DNA from: Thermodesulfobacteriota bacterium | Lineage (GTDB): Bacteria; Desulfobacterota; WTBG01; JAGOGO01 | Assembly: GCA_026625185.1 (NCBI GenBank) | Contig: CP113000.1 | Location: forward strand, 1,935,622 to 1,967,621 | DNA length: 32,000 nucleotides | Reading direction: 5' to 3' | Notes under the pieces: model-generated | The model's database searches: none | Seen by the model: the letters and a program-made list of their open reading frames with translations, nothing else | Told to the model about the DNA's origin: nothing | Translations under genes and position numbers: made by a program | Shown here: positions 31,931 through 32,000 of the stretch, piece after piece | How the letters are laid out: each line of letters opens with the position of its first letter | Position numbering within the stretch: the first letter of the stretch is position 1

Positions 31931-32000
31931 CTCCCCTTTTTTATTAAGGGTGTAACTTTAAAAAGGATTAAATAATAAAAGCCAAATTTTGGATATGGGG

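Noticed and set aside
31019-31975. Plus-strand ORFs 31019-31495 and 31520-31975, and the minus out-of-frame ORF 31462-31704
   Set aside because: They are antisense to, or out of frame within, the decaheme cytochrome gene, whose ten CXXCH motifs fix the true frame.

Overview
Bacterial window with moderate GC (not computed) and compact operons. I saw no rRNA, tRNA or CRISPR array. (1) 1-6188, minus strand: a complete trpE-G-D-C-F-B-A operon, with trpA running off the left edge. Upstream of it, and absent from the ORF track, are a promoter, a 26-codon Trp-rich leader ORF and a tandem-terminator attenuator. (2) 6.5-9.0 kb, minus: an MBL-fold hydrolase, a decayed CheW-like remnant beside a 95-bp inverted-repeat element, and a receiver/class III nucleotidyl cyclase. 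(3) 9.0-11.5 kb, plus: a roughly 650-bp AT-rich intergenic region with a candidate sigma54 promoter and a ~240-nt structured leader ahead of a type IV pilin-like gene, followed by a sensor-less histidine kinase and a CheY-like receiver. (4) 11.6-14.6 kb, minus: a histidine kinase, an atypical protein-kinase-like protein and a membrane-Usp protein. The kinase and the Usp protein share a paralogous N-terminal membrane module. (5) 14.8-25.9 kb: a Cu/Ag-type metal-stress island. It holds a Met/His-rich PepSY-like periplasmic protein, an ECF sigma / zf-HC2 anti-sigma / Spy-CpxP-like trio, a FixH-like Met-motif lipoprotein, CusC-CusB-CusA-like RND efflux genes, and a tightly coupled Ser/Thr kinase-FGE(SUMF1) fusion. 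(6) 25.9-31.9 kb, minus: a putative outer-to-inner-membrane extracellular electron transfer (EET) conduit. It comprises a decaheme MtrA/PioA-like cytochrome, an MtrB/PioB-like 662-aa beta-barrel, an IS1595-type transposase remnant, a monoheme cytochrome c, an ImcH/NapC-like 7-heme inner-membrane cytochrome and a frameshifted second monoheme cytochrome c. The most notable items are the EET module and the unannotated trp leader/attenuator. All functional calls rest on motif recognition by eye; no database search was possible.
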